Source: Deferribacterales bacterium
GTDB taxonomy: Bacteria; Chrysiogenota; Deferribacteres; Deferribacterales; Geovibrionaceae
Assembly (NCBI GenBank): GCA_050253335.1
Contig: JBFWJG010000006.1
Span: forward strand, 1 to 64,000
Direction of reading: 5' to 3'
DNA length: 64,000 nt
Both the position numbers and the translations under genes were made by a program. Below, piece after piece: positions 47,797-57,804 of the stretch. Position 1 is the stretch's first letter. Every line of letters begins with the position of its first letter. The notes under the pieces were generated by a model. The model had not been told where the DNA came from, searched no databases, and saw only the letters and a program-made list of their open reading frames with translations.

Positions 47797-48741
47797 ATGA
47801 GCCTTAGAAAAGGTTTTGGGATTTTCCTTGTTTCAGCGTGTGTTTCCTGTGCTTCGGTGCAGCCGGAACCGCCTTCTGCTTATGTCAGTGTGCCGGATGA
47901 GGATTTGAAGCCTTTTGTTGATTCCCCCGTTTTGCCGGAGATACCGAAAAAAACTCCGGAAACCGCCGAGGAGCCTCCGTCTCTCAGGTTTCCCGATACT
48001 GTGTTCGCTGAACCTGAGAAGGACACCGAAACACCTCCCGCATACGCTGAACCCATAGAGAAAGACCACAGGATTCCGCCGGATGCCAGAATGACGGGCG
48101 CGGTTTATGACAAGCCTTACGTTGTGCGGGGTGAAACCTACCACAGGCTGAAATATGTCGAAACATTCGAGCAGGAAGGAATCGCAAGCTGGTACGGCGG
48201 GCCGGATCACGGACGGGACACCTCAAACGGCGAAATATACAACATGTACGCCATGACAGCCGCCCACAAAAACCTGCCCATGGGCAGCATGGTTGAGGTG
48301 GAAAACCTCTCCAACGGGCGCAAAGTGACAGTAAGGGTAAACGACCGCGGCCCCCATGTGGAGGGAAGAATCATTGACCTCTCCAAGAAGGCCGCTAATG
48401 ACATAGGCATAAAAGACAAAGGGCTCGGGAAAGTCAGGATCAGGCTTCTTTCCCCCGCCGGAGAGAAGAGTGATGACGATTTTGCGCCGGATTCGCCAAA
48501 CATCGCATACGCCGGAACAGTTCAGGCGCTTTTTGCAGTGCAGATAGCCTCCTTCACCGATAAGGAACAGGCCGATGCACTGGCGAACACATTCGATAAA
48601 GGGAAGGTGGAGCGCGCCAATGTTAAAGGCACAACCTACTACAGGGTGAAGGTCGGCGGGTTCGAGAGCAGGGAAGCGGCTGAGGCGCACAAATCAAGAA
48701 TGGCCTCAAGATACCCGAAAGCATTTGTGGTGACGGAATAG
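47797..48741 (+). CDS. rlpA: septal ring lytic transglycosylase RlpA with SPOR domain
   Basis: GIASWYG, MTAAHKNLP, VRVNDRGP, IIDLS; C-terminal SPOR VQIASF..YYRVKVG. Confidence 0.93.
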   Translation: MSLRKGFGIFLVSACVSCASVQPEPPSAYVSVPDEDLKPFVDSPVLPEIPKKTPETAEEPPSLRFPDTVFAEPEKDTETPPAYAEPIEKDHRIPPDARMTGAVYDKPYVVRGETYHRLKYVETFEQEGIASWYGGPDHGRDTSNGEIYNMYAMTAAHKNLPMGSMVEVENLSNGRKVTVRVNDRGPHVEGRIIDLSKKAANDIGIKDKGLGKVRIRLLSPAGEKSDDDFAPDSPNIAYAGTVQALFAVQIASFTDKEQADALANTFDKGKVERANVKGTTYYRVKVGGFESREAAEAHKSRMASRYPKAFVVTE

Positions 48742-48834
48742 AGTTTTCTTTTTGCGTCATCATGTTAGTTTTTCCGGAAGTAGTTTGAGGAAAAATTCAG
48801 CGTTTTGTTCAGGTCTTTTTTTTCACCTGCACTG

Positions 48835-48907
48835 CGTCACTCTGAGCAAAGCGAAGAGTCCCCGCATTATGCTGAATAAAAGATTCTTCACTGCGTTCGG
48901 AATGACG
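48835..48907. repeat. inverted pair of CGTC-type REPs (REPIN-like)
   Basis: CGTCACTCTGAGCAAAGCGAAGAGTC ... AGATTCTTCACTGCGTTCGGAATGACG. Confidence 0.85.
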
Positions 48908-48975
48908 GCAGAACGGCAGCGGAAAGCTTTTTTAAAAGCTTCTCCGTATAAATAAATTAAATAAGGAATAAGTTA

Positions 48976-49692
48976 ATGCGCAGACATAACAGAGCAAACG
49001 ACAGCATGAGAGAGATAAGGATCGCGGGAGACTACATAAAGCACCCTGCGGGTTCCGTTTTGATAGAGTTCGGCGACACAAAGGTGATCTGCACCGCTTC
49101 GTTCAGCGAGGGAGTGCCCCCGTTTCTTAAAGGTTCAGGCACAGGCTGGGTCACGGGCGAATACGGAATGCTCCCCGCTTCCACGCATACGCGCAACCAG
49201 CGTGAGGCGAGGAAAGGGAAGGTGGACGGCCGTTCGCAGGAGATTTCCCGCCTTCTGGGCAGGGCGCTGAGGGCTTCCGTTGATATGTCAAAGCTGGGCG
49301 AGAACACGATCATAATAGACTGCGACGTGATTCAGGCGGACGGCGGAACCAGAACCGCTTCCATAACCGGCGGATTTGCCGCCCTTCAGCTTGCGGTTAA
49401 TAAAATGCTGGCGCAGGGCGTTCTGACGGCAGACCCTGTTATTCAGCCTGTGGCCGCCGTCAGTGTAGGGATTGTAGACGGTGTTGCCATGCTTGATCTC
49501 GATTATGTTGAGGATTCCTCAGCGGAGGTTGATCTCAACCTTGTGGCGGGGGCGGACGGCAAAATTGTTGAGATTCAGGGCGCGGCGGAGAAGCTTGCCT
49601 TCGGGCGTGATAAGCTGAATGAACTGCTTGACCTCGGTTTTCACGGGCTCAATGCCCTGTTTGCGGCGCAGAAAAAGGTGATTGAGCTGTGA
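48976..49692 (+). CDS. rph: ribonuclease PH
   Basis: GDTKVICTA, GWVTGEYGMLP, EISRLLGRALR, DCDVIQADGGTRTA. Confidence 0.97.
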   Translation: MRRHNRANDSMREIRIAGDYIKHPAGSVLIEFGDTKVICTASFSEGVPPFLKGSGTGWVTGEYGMLPASTHTRNQREARKGKVDGRSQEISRLLGRALRASVDMSKLGENTIIIDCDVIQADGGTRTASITGGFAALQLAVNKMLAQGVLTADPVIQPVAAVSVGIVDGVAMLDLDYVEDSSAEVDLNLVAGADGKIVEIQGAAEKLAFGRDKLNELLDLGFHGLNALFAAQKKVIEL

Positions 49693-50276
49693 GACTCTGC
49701 GTTGCGACCAAGAATGCCCATAAGCTCAAAGAAATAAGAGCGATTTTAAGCGGGCTGGACGTTGATGTGCGTTCTGCTTATGAATTTATAGAAAACGACT
49801 TTGATGTGGAAGAAACGGGAGCGACATTCGAGGAGAACGCCTCTCTCAAGGCGGACGCGCTTTCCGCTCTGGTTGAAGGATATGTGATAGCCGACGATTC
49901 GGGGCTGTGTGTGGACGCTCTAGGCGGCGAGCCGGGGATATACTCCGCGCGTTATGCCGGCGTAAATGCATCAGATGCCGAAAACAACGCTCTTCTGCTG
50001 AAAAACACAGAGAACATTCAGGACGGCAGGCGTGCGGCGAGATTTGTCTGCGCCATCGCGCTCTCAAAAAACGGAACAACGGAGCGGATCTTCCGCGGCG
50101 AGTGCGAAGGAATGCTGGGCAGGGCGGAGAAAGGGGCGAACGGATTCGGCTACGATCCTCTTCTTGTTATGCCGGACGGACGCTCTCTGGCGGAATATCC
50201 GCCGGAAGAGAAAAACAGGATAAGCCACAGGTTCCGCGCTCTGGAGCTTTTAAGAAAATATCTGGCGGAGAAATAG
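49689..50276 (+). CDS. rdgB: non-canonical purine NTP pyrophosphatase
   Basis: ATKNAHKLKE, ADDSGL, PGIYSARY, GFGYDP, KNRISHR. Confidence 0.96.
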   Translation: MRLCVATKNAHKLKEIRAILSGLDVDVRSAYEFIENDFDVEETGATFEENASLKADALSALVEGYVIADDSGLCVDALGGEPGIYSARYAGVNASDAENNALLLKNTENIQDGRRAARFVCAIALSKNGTTERIFRGECEGMLGRAEKGANGFGYDPLLVMPDGRSLAEYPPEEKNRISHRFRALELLRKYLAEK

Positions 50277-50304
50277 CCGCTTTTATTTAAGAAGGTGAGT
50301 TTGA

Positions 50305-52212
50305 ATGAGACTGTTAAGGTTCTTCGGCGGGCTTATCGTCCTTGCAGGCATACTCTGTTACGGAGTCCTTAACTTTTACAGGGGGGAGATGATGTTCTTC
50401 GAACACTTTCTCCCCGATGACTACTCAATCCCGAGCCTCAGCAGGCAGGGGCAGTCCTTTACAGTGTATGATTCCGCCGGAAACCTCCTTGAACAGCGCA
50501 CTTTTCTTAGAAGCGAGCCTTTCACCGATGATGAAACCGAGCTTTTCAGTGAATGGTTCAGGGTTCTTGATCTTGAACTGGACGGCTACCCGCTTCCAAA
50601 AGAACGCCTTGAGCTTTATTTTATGGACTATATGGAGATAGAGACCGAAGCCGTTAAAAGCTACATTGTCAACCACTATGCAGACAGGCTTCTGGAAGGA
50701 ACCCCTGTGACGGGGCTTAGGCTCAGGCTCCTGCGCTTCCTCACGGCGGACAGGCTCCTTAAAACCGCAGGATTCCCAGCCATTTACGCCGCCTATGCCG
50801 ACAGCATAATCATAGGGGACGACACCTACGGCATAAAAGCCGCATCAAAAACATTCTTCAGCCGCAGCATTCACATGGCGAACCAGAAGGAGAAGGCTTT
50901 TCTCTTCACCATGCTGAAAGACTATACCCTGTACGACCCCATAGAGAACTTTGCCGCCACTGAGCGCAGAGCGAACATTTATCTTCATATGCTTTACCAG
51001 CGGGGCATACTGGAGCGGGAGGAATACCTCAGCGCCAGAGACTACAGGCTCACGCTGAACATGGCTGAAGACCCCGCGCCGCAGGAGATAGAGTATCTCC
51101 GTGCCGTTGCGGAGGAGATGAAGGCTTTGGGCGTTGAGGCCGGAGAGCCCTGCGAGGTTCATACATATTTTGACGCTGAGAAAACGGAAATGCTCCGCCT
51201 TACTGTTTCTGAGTACATGAAAACGCAGGAGGAAGGGCTTCAGGCGGCATTTGTGCTTCTGGACACGGAGAAAGGTGGCATCGTTGCCATGACGGGCGCC
51301 CGTGAGGGAAAAAGCCTGAAAAGAGCCTACTACACAAAAAGACAGACAGGCTCCACCTTCAAGCCCATAGTATATGCTTCCGCATTTGACGGCGGAATAA
51401 GGCCGACAGATTTTGTCAACGACAGAAGGCATGTCTACAAGCTCGGAAAAGGAAGCTACTCCCCCAGAAATTTTGAAGAGCTTTACATGGGAAGTATTCC
51501 TGTCCGGAAGGGGCTTGTCTATTCCCTCAACAACGCCACGATTCAGCTTGCCGTCAAAGCAGGGCTTAAAAAAGTGGCGGAGGACGCTGTGAAAATGGGG
51601 ATGAAGGCTGATGTGCGCCCTTATCTGGCTATGCCTCTCGGCGTGTTTCCCGTCACTCCGGTGAATCTCGCTCAGGTTTACGGAACTCTGGCGGATTACG
51701 GCGTCTACCGCAAACGGGGGCTTATTGAAAGGATTGAGTTCCCTGACGGACGGGTGATAACCCCGGGCGGGGAGAAAACGAGGGTTCTGGATGAAAAGGC
51801 TGCGTTTCAGACGCTTTACATAATGCAGGATGTGCCGAGGATAGGAACGGCAAAGGGCAAGGGGCTCATGAAGGGCACGGCGGCGAAGACTGGCACAACG
51901 GACGAATACCGTGACGCATGGCTTGCGGCGGTGTTTCCTCCGTATGTAGCGGTTGTGTGGATAGGTTATGATTCCGGCAGAAGCATGGGCGAGAAGGGAA
52001 CAGGGGGCACGAAGGCCGCTCCTCTGGCGGCGGCTGCGCAGAGGAAGCTTTTTGAAAAAGGCGCCGAGGCGGTTTTTCCTGTTCCGGCGGGCGTGGGCTT
52101 CCGCAAGGTTTCCTCCGCGGACGGCAGGCTGATAACCGCCCGATGCGCATCCCGAAGGGGCTACACAGAGGCACTGTCTGAGGATAACCTGCCTGAGGAA
52201 TGCGTCAGATAA
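50305..52212 (+). CDS. class A-like penicillin-binding protein (degenerate transglycosylase, intact transpeptidase)
   Basis: RQTGSTFKP (SxxK), YSLN (SxN), AKTGT (KTG); YGIKAAS..FF TG remnant. Confidence 0.85.
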   Translation: MRLLRFFGGLIVLAGILCYGVLNFYRGEMMFFEHFLPDDYSIPSLSRQGQSFTVYDSAGNLLEQRTFLRSEPFTDDETELFSEWFRVLDLELDGYPLPKERLELYFMDYMEIETEAVKSYIVNHYADRLLEGTPVTGLRLRLLRFLTADRLLKTAGFPAIYAAYADSIIIGDDTYGIKAASKTFFSRSIHMANQKEKAFLFTMLKDYTLYDPIENFAATERRANIYLHMLYQRGILEREEYLSARDYRLTLNMAEDPAPQEIEYLRAVAEEMKALGVEAGEPCEVHTYFDAEKTEMLRLTVSEYMKTQEEGLQAAFVLLDTEKGGIVAMTGAREGKSLKRAYYTKRQTGSTFKPIVYASAFDGGIRPTDFVNDRRHVYKLGKGSYSPRNFEELYMGSIPVRKGLVYSLNNATIQLAVKAGLKKVAEDAVKMGMKADVRPYLAMPLGVFPVTPVNLAQVYGTLADYGVYRKRGLIERIEFPDGRVITPGGEKTRVLDEKAAFQTLYIMQDVPRIGTAKGKGLMKGTAAKTGTTDEYRDAWLAAVFPPYVAVVWIGYDSGRSMGEKGTGGTKAAPLAAAAQRKLFEKGAEAVFPVPAGVGFRKVSSADGRLITARCASRRGYTEALSEDNLPEECVR

Positions 52213-52303
52213 GTCGAATATAGCTAAAAGTTATAAAATGATATAAAGTAATGAAGACTGGCGGGCTCCGTCAGGACGAAAGGAATTTACATCAGAGGTC
52301 AGA

Positions 52304-52813
52304 ATGCGCAAAAACATATATTTAATCGGTTTCATGGGAACAGGGAAAAGCACTGTGGGCAGGCTGATTGCGGAAAAGCTCGGCATGGAGTTCTGCGATA
52401 CGGACGCTATGGTGGAAAAAAAAGCGGGCAAGACAATCACCGAAATCTTCGAGGAGATGGACGAGGCGGCCTTCCGCGGGATGGAGACCGAAATCCTGAA
52501 AGATATTACCGAACGGCGCAATCTTGTTGTTTCCACAGGAGGCGGGATTGTTGTAACAAAAGGGAACATGGAGCTGATGCGCTCGGCCGGAAAGCTGATT
52601 ACGCTTATGGCTTCACCCGAACAGATTTTTGAAAGGATAAAAGATGACAGAGGCAGACCCCTTCTTCAGGTGGATAATCCTCTGGATGAGATAAAGCGTC
52701 TTATTTATGACAGGGCGCCGTTTTATATAAACACGGATCACATAGTCGAGACCACCGAACTCAGTCCGGAGGAAACGGCGGAAGAGATAATAAGGTTTGT
52801 TGAAAATGCGTAA
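52304..52813 (+). CDS. aroK: shikimate kinase
   Basis: LIGFMGTGKSTVG, STGGG, RPLL. Confidence 0.96.
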   Translation: MRKNIYLIGFMGTGKSTVGRLIAEKLGMEFCDTDAMVEKKAGKTITEIFEEMDEAAFRGMETEILKDITERRNLVVSTGGGIVVTKGNMELMRSAGKLITLMASPEQIFERIKDDRGRPLLQVDNPLDEIKRLIYDRAPFYINTDHIVETTELSPEETAEEIIRFVENA

Positions 52814-53843
52814 GATACATGTGGATCTGGAAAAACAGGTAGACGATTCCTATGATATACATCTGTCCTCAGACTTCATCGAGGATGTGCTGAAAGGGTA
52901 TGAGGACGCTTTTTTTCTGGCTGATTCCACTGTCTTCGCTTTTTATGAAGAGCTTTTCGAAGGGCGCAAAACATTTGTTCTGGATTCTTCCGAAAAAAAT
53001 AAAAGCATGGAATCTGTTATCAGGGTGCTGGAATTTCTCCATAATAACGGATGCCGCAGAGACGGCAGGCTTGTTGCGGTCGGCGGCGGAATAACGGGGG
53101 ATCTCGGCGGATTCGCCGCATCGGTCTACATGCGCGGAATAAGCTATGTTCAGGTGCCGACAACCCTTCTTTCCATGGTGGATTCATCCGTCGGCGGGAA
53201 AACGGGGATCAACTTTCTCACATCAAAAAACAACATAGGCGCCTTTCATCAGCCTAAGGCAGTTTATATAGACACCGACTTTATCAGAACCCTTGACGAT
53301 GATGAATATCTCAACGGTCTTGCCGAGGTTATAAAGTACGGAGCCGTTTTCAGCGCCGATTTCTTTGACATGCTGCTGGAAAAACGGGATGCCCTGCTTG
53401 AGCGCAATGCTGATGTTCTCCTTGATGTGATAGCCGAGTGCTGCCGCATGAAGGCTGAGGTGGTTAAGGAGGATGAGAAGGAGCAGGGGGTGCGCAAGCT
53501 CCTCAACTTCGGCCACACTTTCGGCCACGCCATAGAAACCGATTCAGACTTTGCCGTTAAGCACGGCTTCGCTGTCGCTTCGGGAATGTATCTGGAAAAC
53601 CTTTTCGGTCTGAAGGAGGGCTACTGTTCGGAGGAATCAGTCGGGCGTCTGGGCGAAATCCTCGATGCATACGGCTTTGAGAAGGAATATAAGATAAAAG
53701 ATACGGATGTGTTTTTCAACGCTCTGTCCGCGGATAAAAAAGCGGATAAAAAAGGGCTGACGGTTGTTTTTATTCCCGAGATAGGCAAGGGCGAATGGAT
53801 AAACGGAATAAAAACAGACACGGTAAAGGATTTCTTCTGCTGA
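52806..53843 (+). CDS. aroB: 3-dehydroquinate synthase
   Basis: GGGITGDLGGF, PTTLLSMVDSSVGGKTG, LNFGHTFGHAIE. Confidence 0.97.
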   Translation: MRKIHVDLEKQVDDSYDIHLSSDFIEDVLKGYEDAFFLADSTVFAFYEELFEGRKTFVLDSSEKNKSMESVIRVLEFLHNNGCRRDGRLVAVGGGITGDLGGFAASVYMRGISYVQVPTTLLSMVDSSVGGKTGINFLTSKNNIGAFHQPKAVYIDTDFIRTLDDDEYLNGLAEVIKYGAVFSADFFDMLLEKRDALLERNADVLLDVIAECCRMKAEVVKEDEKEQGVRKLLNFGHTFGHAIETDSDFAVKHGFAVASGMYLENLFGLKEGYCSEESVGRLGEILDAYGFEKEYKIKDTDVFFNALSADKKADKKGLTVVFIPEIGKGEWINGIKTDTVKDFFC

Positions 53844-53844
53844 T

Positions 53845-55254
53845 ATGGACGAGATAAACCGTTCCAAATATCTTAATGACATAGAATATTTCTCCCGCAA
53901 ACTGGAGGAGGATCCGGCTTCCAAGCTGTTTATGCCTCTTTCCGTGGCACTTCTGAAACTCAATAAATATGATGATGTTATCTACTACTGCGCCCACGGT
54001 CTTGAACATTTTCCGGAGCTTCTGGGGGCGAAGACCGTAATGGCACAGGCCTACATGGGCAAAGGTAAGGTAGAGGACGCCAAAGGACTGCTGAAGCAGG
54101 TGATACTCGTTAACCGCTTCAACTACAAAGCGAACAAGCTCATGGGCGATATCTACCGCGCCGAGAGCGATATAGAAAGAGCTCTGGAGTATTACCGCAA
54201 GGCTTATAAAATATCCCCTGAGGACAGAAAACTCGGGGAGGACATAGAGGAGCTGGAAAACCTTCTGGAAAACGGACTTGCGGAAGCGGGTGACATTGAC
54301 CTCCCCGACAGGGACAGCGAGATTCTGGTATCCATGGCTGAAGAGCTTGCGGATGAAGTGAAGGATGAACTTTCCCATGATACATACGAAGATAAAGAAC
54401 TGGCTGATGACGAGATAGAAAAAACCTTTCAGGAAATCGCCGAGAAAAGCACTGAGGATGAAGACGGCTTTGATATGGACGACTTCGGCAAGGAGGATTT
54501 CGAAGAGGAGATCCGTGAAAATCTTCTGGCCAGTGTTGACGAGGAGATAAAATCAAAAGAGGTTTTCGGCGATGTTGTCCGGCTTGACGCAGAGGACGCA
54601 GCCCCTGAGGTGCAGGCTCAGAAGCCTGCCGCGGCGAAGGCTCCTGAGCCCGAAAGCTTTGCTGATGAACCCATAGAGCTTGATGAATTTTCCGCTGAGA
54701 TAGAAAAAGCAGAGGACGACGCCGTTATGTCCATGATAGGCGAGGCATTGTCAGGATTCGGCTCCGCTTCGTACGGCGATGAGATTATCTCAGACACTGA
54801 AAAAGAGCATATTGAAGACAGCGAAACGGAGGAGAAGCTCTTCTTTGAGGCTGAAGAGCCGGAGTATGAGCAGGCTCTGCCTGAGGAAGAACCTCCGGCG
54901 GAACCTGAGCCGGAAGAAGCGGAAGAGCTTATTGAAACTGAAGAGCTTCCTGAAGAGGAGCTTCCCTCGGAAACGGAGCCCGAAGAGGCACCTGCCGAGG
55001 AAGAGGCTGTTCCCGAACCGGAGGCTGTTCCCGTAATGGAGCCCCTACCCCCCGCTGAACCTGAAGAGGAAAAAACATCGGATGCCGAACATCCCACCCC
55101 CGCGCCTGAACCCAGACAGCTCACTCCGCAGGAGAAACTGGCGGAGGCGAAAAGGATGCTTATAGAGGCGCAGGTTGAGACCCTTGAGAACACTCTGGCC
55201 TGTGTAATAAATAAGGCGAGAAAAAGGAAACAGACCTCGAAGGAGGAAAAATGA
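53845..55254 (+). CDS. cytoplasmic TPR protein with long acidic Glu/Pro-rich disordered region
   Basis: N-terminal TPRs, ~300 aa E/D/P-rich stretch, short C-terminal helix. Confidence 0.8.
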   Translation: MDEINRSKYLNDIEYFSRKLEEDPASKLFMPLSVALLKLNKYDDVIYYCAHGLEHFPELLGAKTVMAQAYMGKGKVEDAKGLLKQVILVNRFNYKANKLMGDIYRAESDIERALEYYRKAYKISPEDRKLGEDIEELENLLENGLAEAGDIDLPDRDSEILVSMAEELADEVKDELSHDTYEDKELADDEIEKTFQEIAEKSTEDEDGFDMDDFGKEDFEEEIRENLLASVDEEIKSKEVFGDVVRLDAEDAAPEVQAQKPAAAKAPEPESFADEPIELDEFSAEIEKAEDDAVMSMIGEALSGFGSASYGDEIISDTEKEHIEDSETEEKLFFEAEEPEYEQALPEEEPPAEPEPEEAEELIETEELPEEELPSETEPEEAPAEEEAVPEPEAVPVMEPLPPAEPEEEKTSDAEHPTPAPEPRQLTPQEKLAEAKRMLIEAQVETLENTLACVINKARKRKQTSKEEK

Positions 55255-55676
55255 AACTGCTTGTAATAAACGGACCGAACCTTAACATGCTGGGCAGAAG
55301 AGAGAGCAGCCACTACGGCACTCTTACGCTCGCGGATATCAACACAAAGCTTATCGAAAAGGCGGACGGCAGGGCGGAGCTGGAGTTTTTCCAGTCCAAC
55401 CATGAAGGAGCCATCATAGACCGCATACAGCAGACATCCGGCTTTGACGGAATCATAATAAATGCCGGAGCCTACACCCATACAAGCATAGGGATCAGGG
55501 ACGCTTTTCTTGCCGCCAAGACTCCTTTTGTGGAGGTTCATCTCTCCAATGTCTATGCGAGGGAGGATTTCAGGCATAATTCATATCTCAGCGACATAGC
55601 AAAAGGGGTGATAGCCGGTTTCGGCTGGATGTCCTACATGCTTGCGCTGGAATTTTTCATTTCGGAGCCGAAATGA
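55251..55676 (+). CDS. aroQ: type II 3-dehydroquinate dehydratase
   Basis: [30 protein letters not shown]. Confidence 0.97.
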   Translation: MKLLVINGPNLNMLGRRESSHYGTLTLADINTKLIEKADGRAELEFFQSNHEGAIIDRIQQTSGFDGIIINAGAYTHTSIGIRDAFLAAKTPFVEVHLSNVYAREDFRHNSYLSDIAKGVIAGFGWMSYMLALEFFISEPK

Positions 55677-56731
55677 AGCGCATACAACGCCTGTGCGGGC
55701 TTATGAAGCAGTCCGGTCTGAGGAATCTGCTTCTCACCGATCCTGCGGATATCTTCTATCTCACCGGATTCACCGGAAGCACAGCCTACCTGTTTGTCTC
55801 ACCCGAGAAAACGGTTTTTTTTACTGACGGCAGATACGCAGAACAGATCAAAAGCGAAATCAGCAGGGATATTAAAACTGTAATAGTCAAGGCTTACGGG
55901 ACATCCCTTTGCGAGCTGGCGAAGCAGACAGGGCAGATCGCCGTCAGCCCCAAATGCCCGCTGAGTATTTATACCATGCTCACCGGATGCGCCGAAGAAG
56001 TGCTCATAGATGAAAAGGATCTTGCAGGGCTGATGCGCAGCGTGAAGGATCCTGAAGAAATAGAACTTATACGCCGTTCGTTCACAGTCGCCGCTGAATC
56101 TTTCAGGGAGTCTCTCTCACAGTGGCGCTACGGCATGAATGAAACCGAATGGGCGGCGGTTTTAGAGTATAATATGCGCAAACGGGGCGCCAAGGACAGA
56201 AGCTTCGAAACGATTATAGCCTCCGGCGAAAGAAGCGCATTGCCCCACGGCAGTGCGGACACAAGGGTGATAAGCGCAGGCGATCCTGTCACTGTGGACT
56301 ACGGATGCAGATTTCATTACTGCAGCGACATAACAAGGGTTGTCTATGACGGAAGCGACCCTTTCGTCCTTGAGATAATTGACATTGTCAAAGGGGCGAT
56401 GGATGCCGCTAAGGCTGTTATACGCCCAGGGATAAGGTGCTCGGAGGTGGACAGAACCGCAAGGGACTACATCGAGAAAAAGGGCTACGGCGGGTATTTT
56501 AACCATGGTCTGGGGCACGGAGTGGGTATAAATGTCCACGAGTCCCCGTCGTTTAATTTCAGGGACGAGACTGTTCTTGTGCAGGGCATGGTGCTCACAG
56601 TCGAACCGGGAATTTATCTCCCCGGCCGCTTCGGTGTAAGGCTTGAGGACACGGTTGCCGTAAGTGAAAACAGTTGTGAAAATCTTACCGCTGTGCTAGA
56701 AGACTACGTCTATAAAATCCTTCAGAGGTGA
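55673..56731 (+). CDS. Xaa-Pro aminopeptidase (M24)
   Basis: [39 protein letters not shown]. Confidence 0.93.
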   Translation: MKRIQRLCGLMKQSGLRNLLLTDPADIFYLTGFTGSTAYLFVSPEKTVFFTDGRYAEQIKSEISRDIKTVIVKAYGTSLCELAKQTGQIAVSPKCPLSIYTMLTGCAEEVLIDEKDLAGLMRSVKDPEEIELIRRSFTVAAESFRESLSQWRYGMNETEWAAVLEYNMRKRGAKDRSFETIIASGERSALPHGSADTRVISAGDPVTVDYGCRFHYCSDITRVVYDGSDPFVLEIIDIVKGAMDAAKAVIRPGIRCSEVDRTARDYIEKKGYGGYFNHGLGHGVGINVHESPSFNFRDETVLVQGMVLTVEPGIYLPGRFGVRLEDTVAVSENSCENLTAVLEDYVYKILQR

Positions 56732-56737
56732 AGTCCG

Positions 56738-57307
56738 ATGATTACCCCGAACCAGTTTAAGAAAGGCGCAAAAATAGAAGTTGACGGTGAACCTTACTCA
56801 ATCGTCGAATATCTTCATATAAAAATGGGCAGAGGCGGAGCCAACGTCCGTACCAAGATAAAAAGCCTTCTCACAGGCAACGTTATAGAAAGAACCTACA
56901 AGTCCGATGAAAAAATAAAACAGCCGGACTTCGAGGAAAAAGAGATGCAGTATCTCTATAAAGACGGCGAATCTTACGTCTTTATGGACAACGAAACCTA
57001 CGAGCAGGTATTTGTTCCCGAAGGCGATGTGGGGGAGCTTGCGGACTTCATGTCTGAAAACCTCAATGTTTATGTGCTCCTCTTCAACCAGAAGCCTATG
57101 GGAGTGCAGCTTCCCAACTTCGTGGAGCTTGCCGTAGCGCAGACTGACCCCGGCCTTAAAGGGGACACGGTGAGCGGAGGCTCCAAGCCCGCCACTCTCG
57201 TCACAGGAGGCGTTGTGCAGGTTCCTCTTTTTATTAACGAAGGGGACGTTCTCAAAATTGATACAAGGACAGGCTCTTACATGGAAAGAGTAAGGTCTGC
57301 CAGATAG
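56738..57307 (+). CDS. efp: elongation factor P
   Basis: KMGRGGA loop, FMDNETYEQ, PGLKGDT, KPATL.TG..VQVPLF, DTRTG.Y. Confidence 0.97.
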   Translation: MITPNQFKKGAKIEVDGEPYSIVEYLHIKMGRGGANVRTKIKSLLTGNVIERTYKSDEKIKQPDFEEKEMQYLYKDGESYVFMDNETYEQVFVPEGDVGELADFMSENLNVYVLLFNQKPMGVQLPNFVELAVAQTDPGLKGDTVSGGSKPATLVTGGVVQVPLFINEGDVLKIDTRTGSYMERVRSAR

Positions 57308-57317
57308 GAGGAAGACT

Positions 57318-57794
57318 TTGGAACTTAAAGACATCAGGGAACTGATACGCTTCATTGACAAGTCGGAAATTAAAGAATTTGAATACGAAACTGAAAACGG
57401 CGAGAGAATTTATATCTCTAAAAAAGATGATACACCTGTATTCGCGGCCGCAGCGCCCGCTTATGCACCCGCGCCCGCAGCCGCACCCGCCGCTGCGTCT
57501 GCCGCTGTTCCCGCGCCTGCCGCGGAAGGCAAGGACACAGGCCTGAAAGGCAATCAGGTTGAAATAAAAACCCCCATAGTGGGAACATTCTACGAAGCTC
57601 CCTCACCCGGCGCCGAGGCTTTTGTCAAAGAGGGGGACACTGTTAAAAAGGGTCAGACTCTCTGCATAGTCGAAGCAATGAAAATCATGAACGAGATTGA
57701 GGCCGAGTTCGACTGCAAAATTGTGCGCAAAGTCGGACAGAACGCTAAACCTGTTGAATACGGCGAAGTAATTTTCATCGCAGAGCCCCTTTAA
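57318..57794 (+). CDS. accB: acetyl-CoA carboxylase biotin carboxyl carrier protein
   Basis: Ala/Pro linker, EAMKIMNEI biotinylation motif. Confidence 0.97.
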   Translation: MELKDIRELIRFIDKSEIKEFEYETENGERIYISKKDDTPVFAAAAPAYAPAPAAAPAAASAAVPAPAAEGKDTGLKGNQVEIKTPIVGTFYEAPSPGAEAFVKEGDTVKKGQTLCIVEAMKIMNEIEAEFDCKIVRKVGQNAKPVEYGEVIFIAEPL

Positions 57795-57804
57795 GGATAA
57801 GGCT

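Noticed and set aside
174..48907. Palindromic repeats as a CRISPR array or integron attC sites
   Set aside because: Dispersed copies without regular spacers; no cas or intI genes; no attC core-site pattern recognised.
54618..55577. 319-aa antisense ORF
   Set aside because: Ser/Gly-rich mirror of the Glu/Pro-rich sense gene; also overlaps aroQ.
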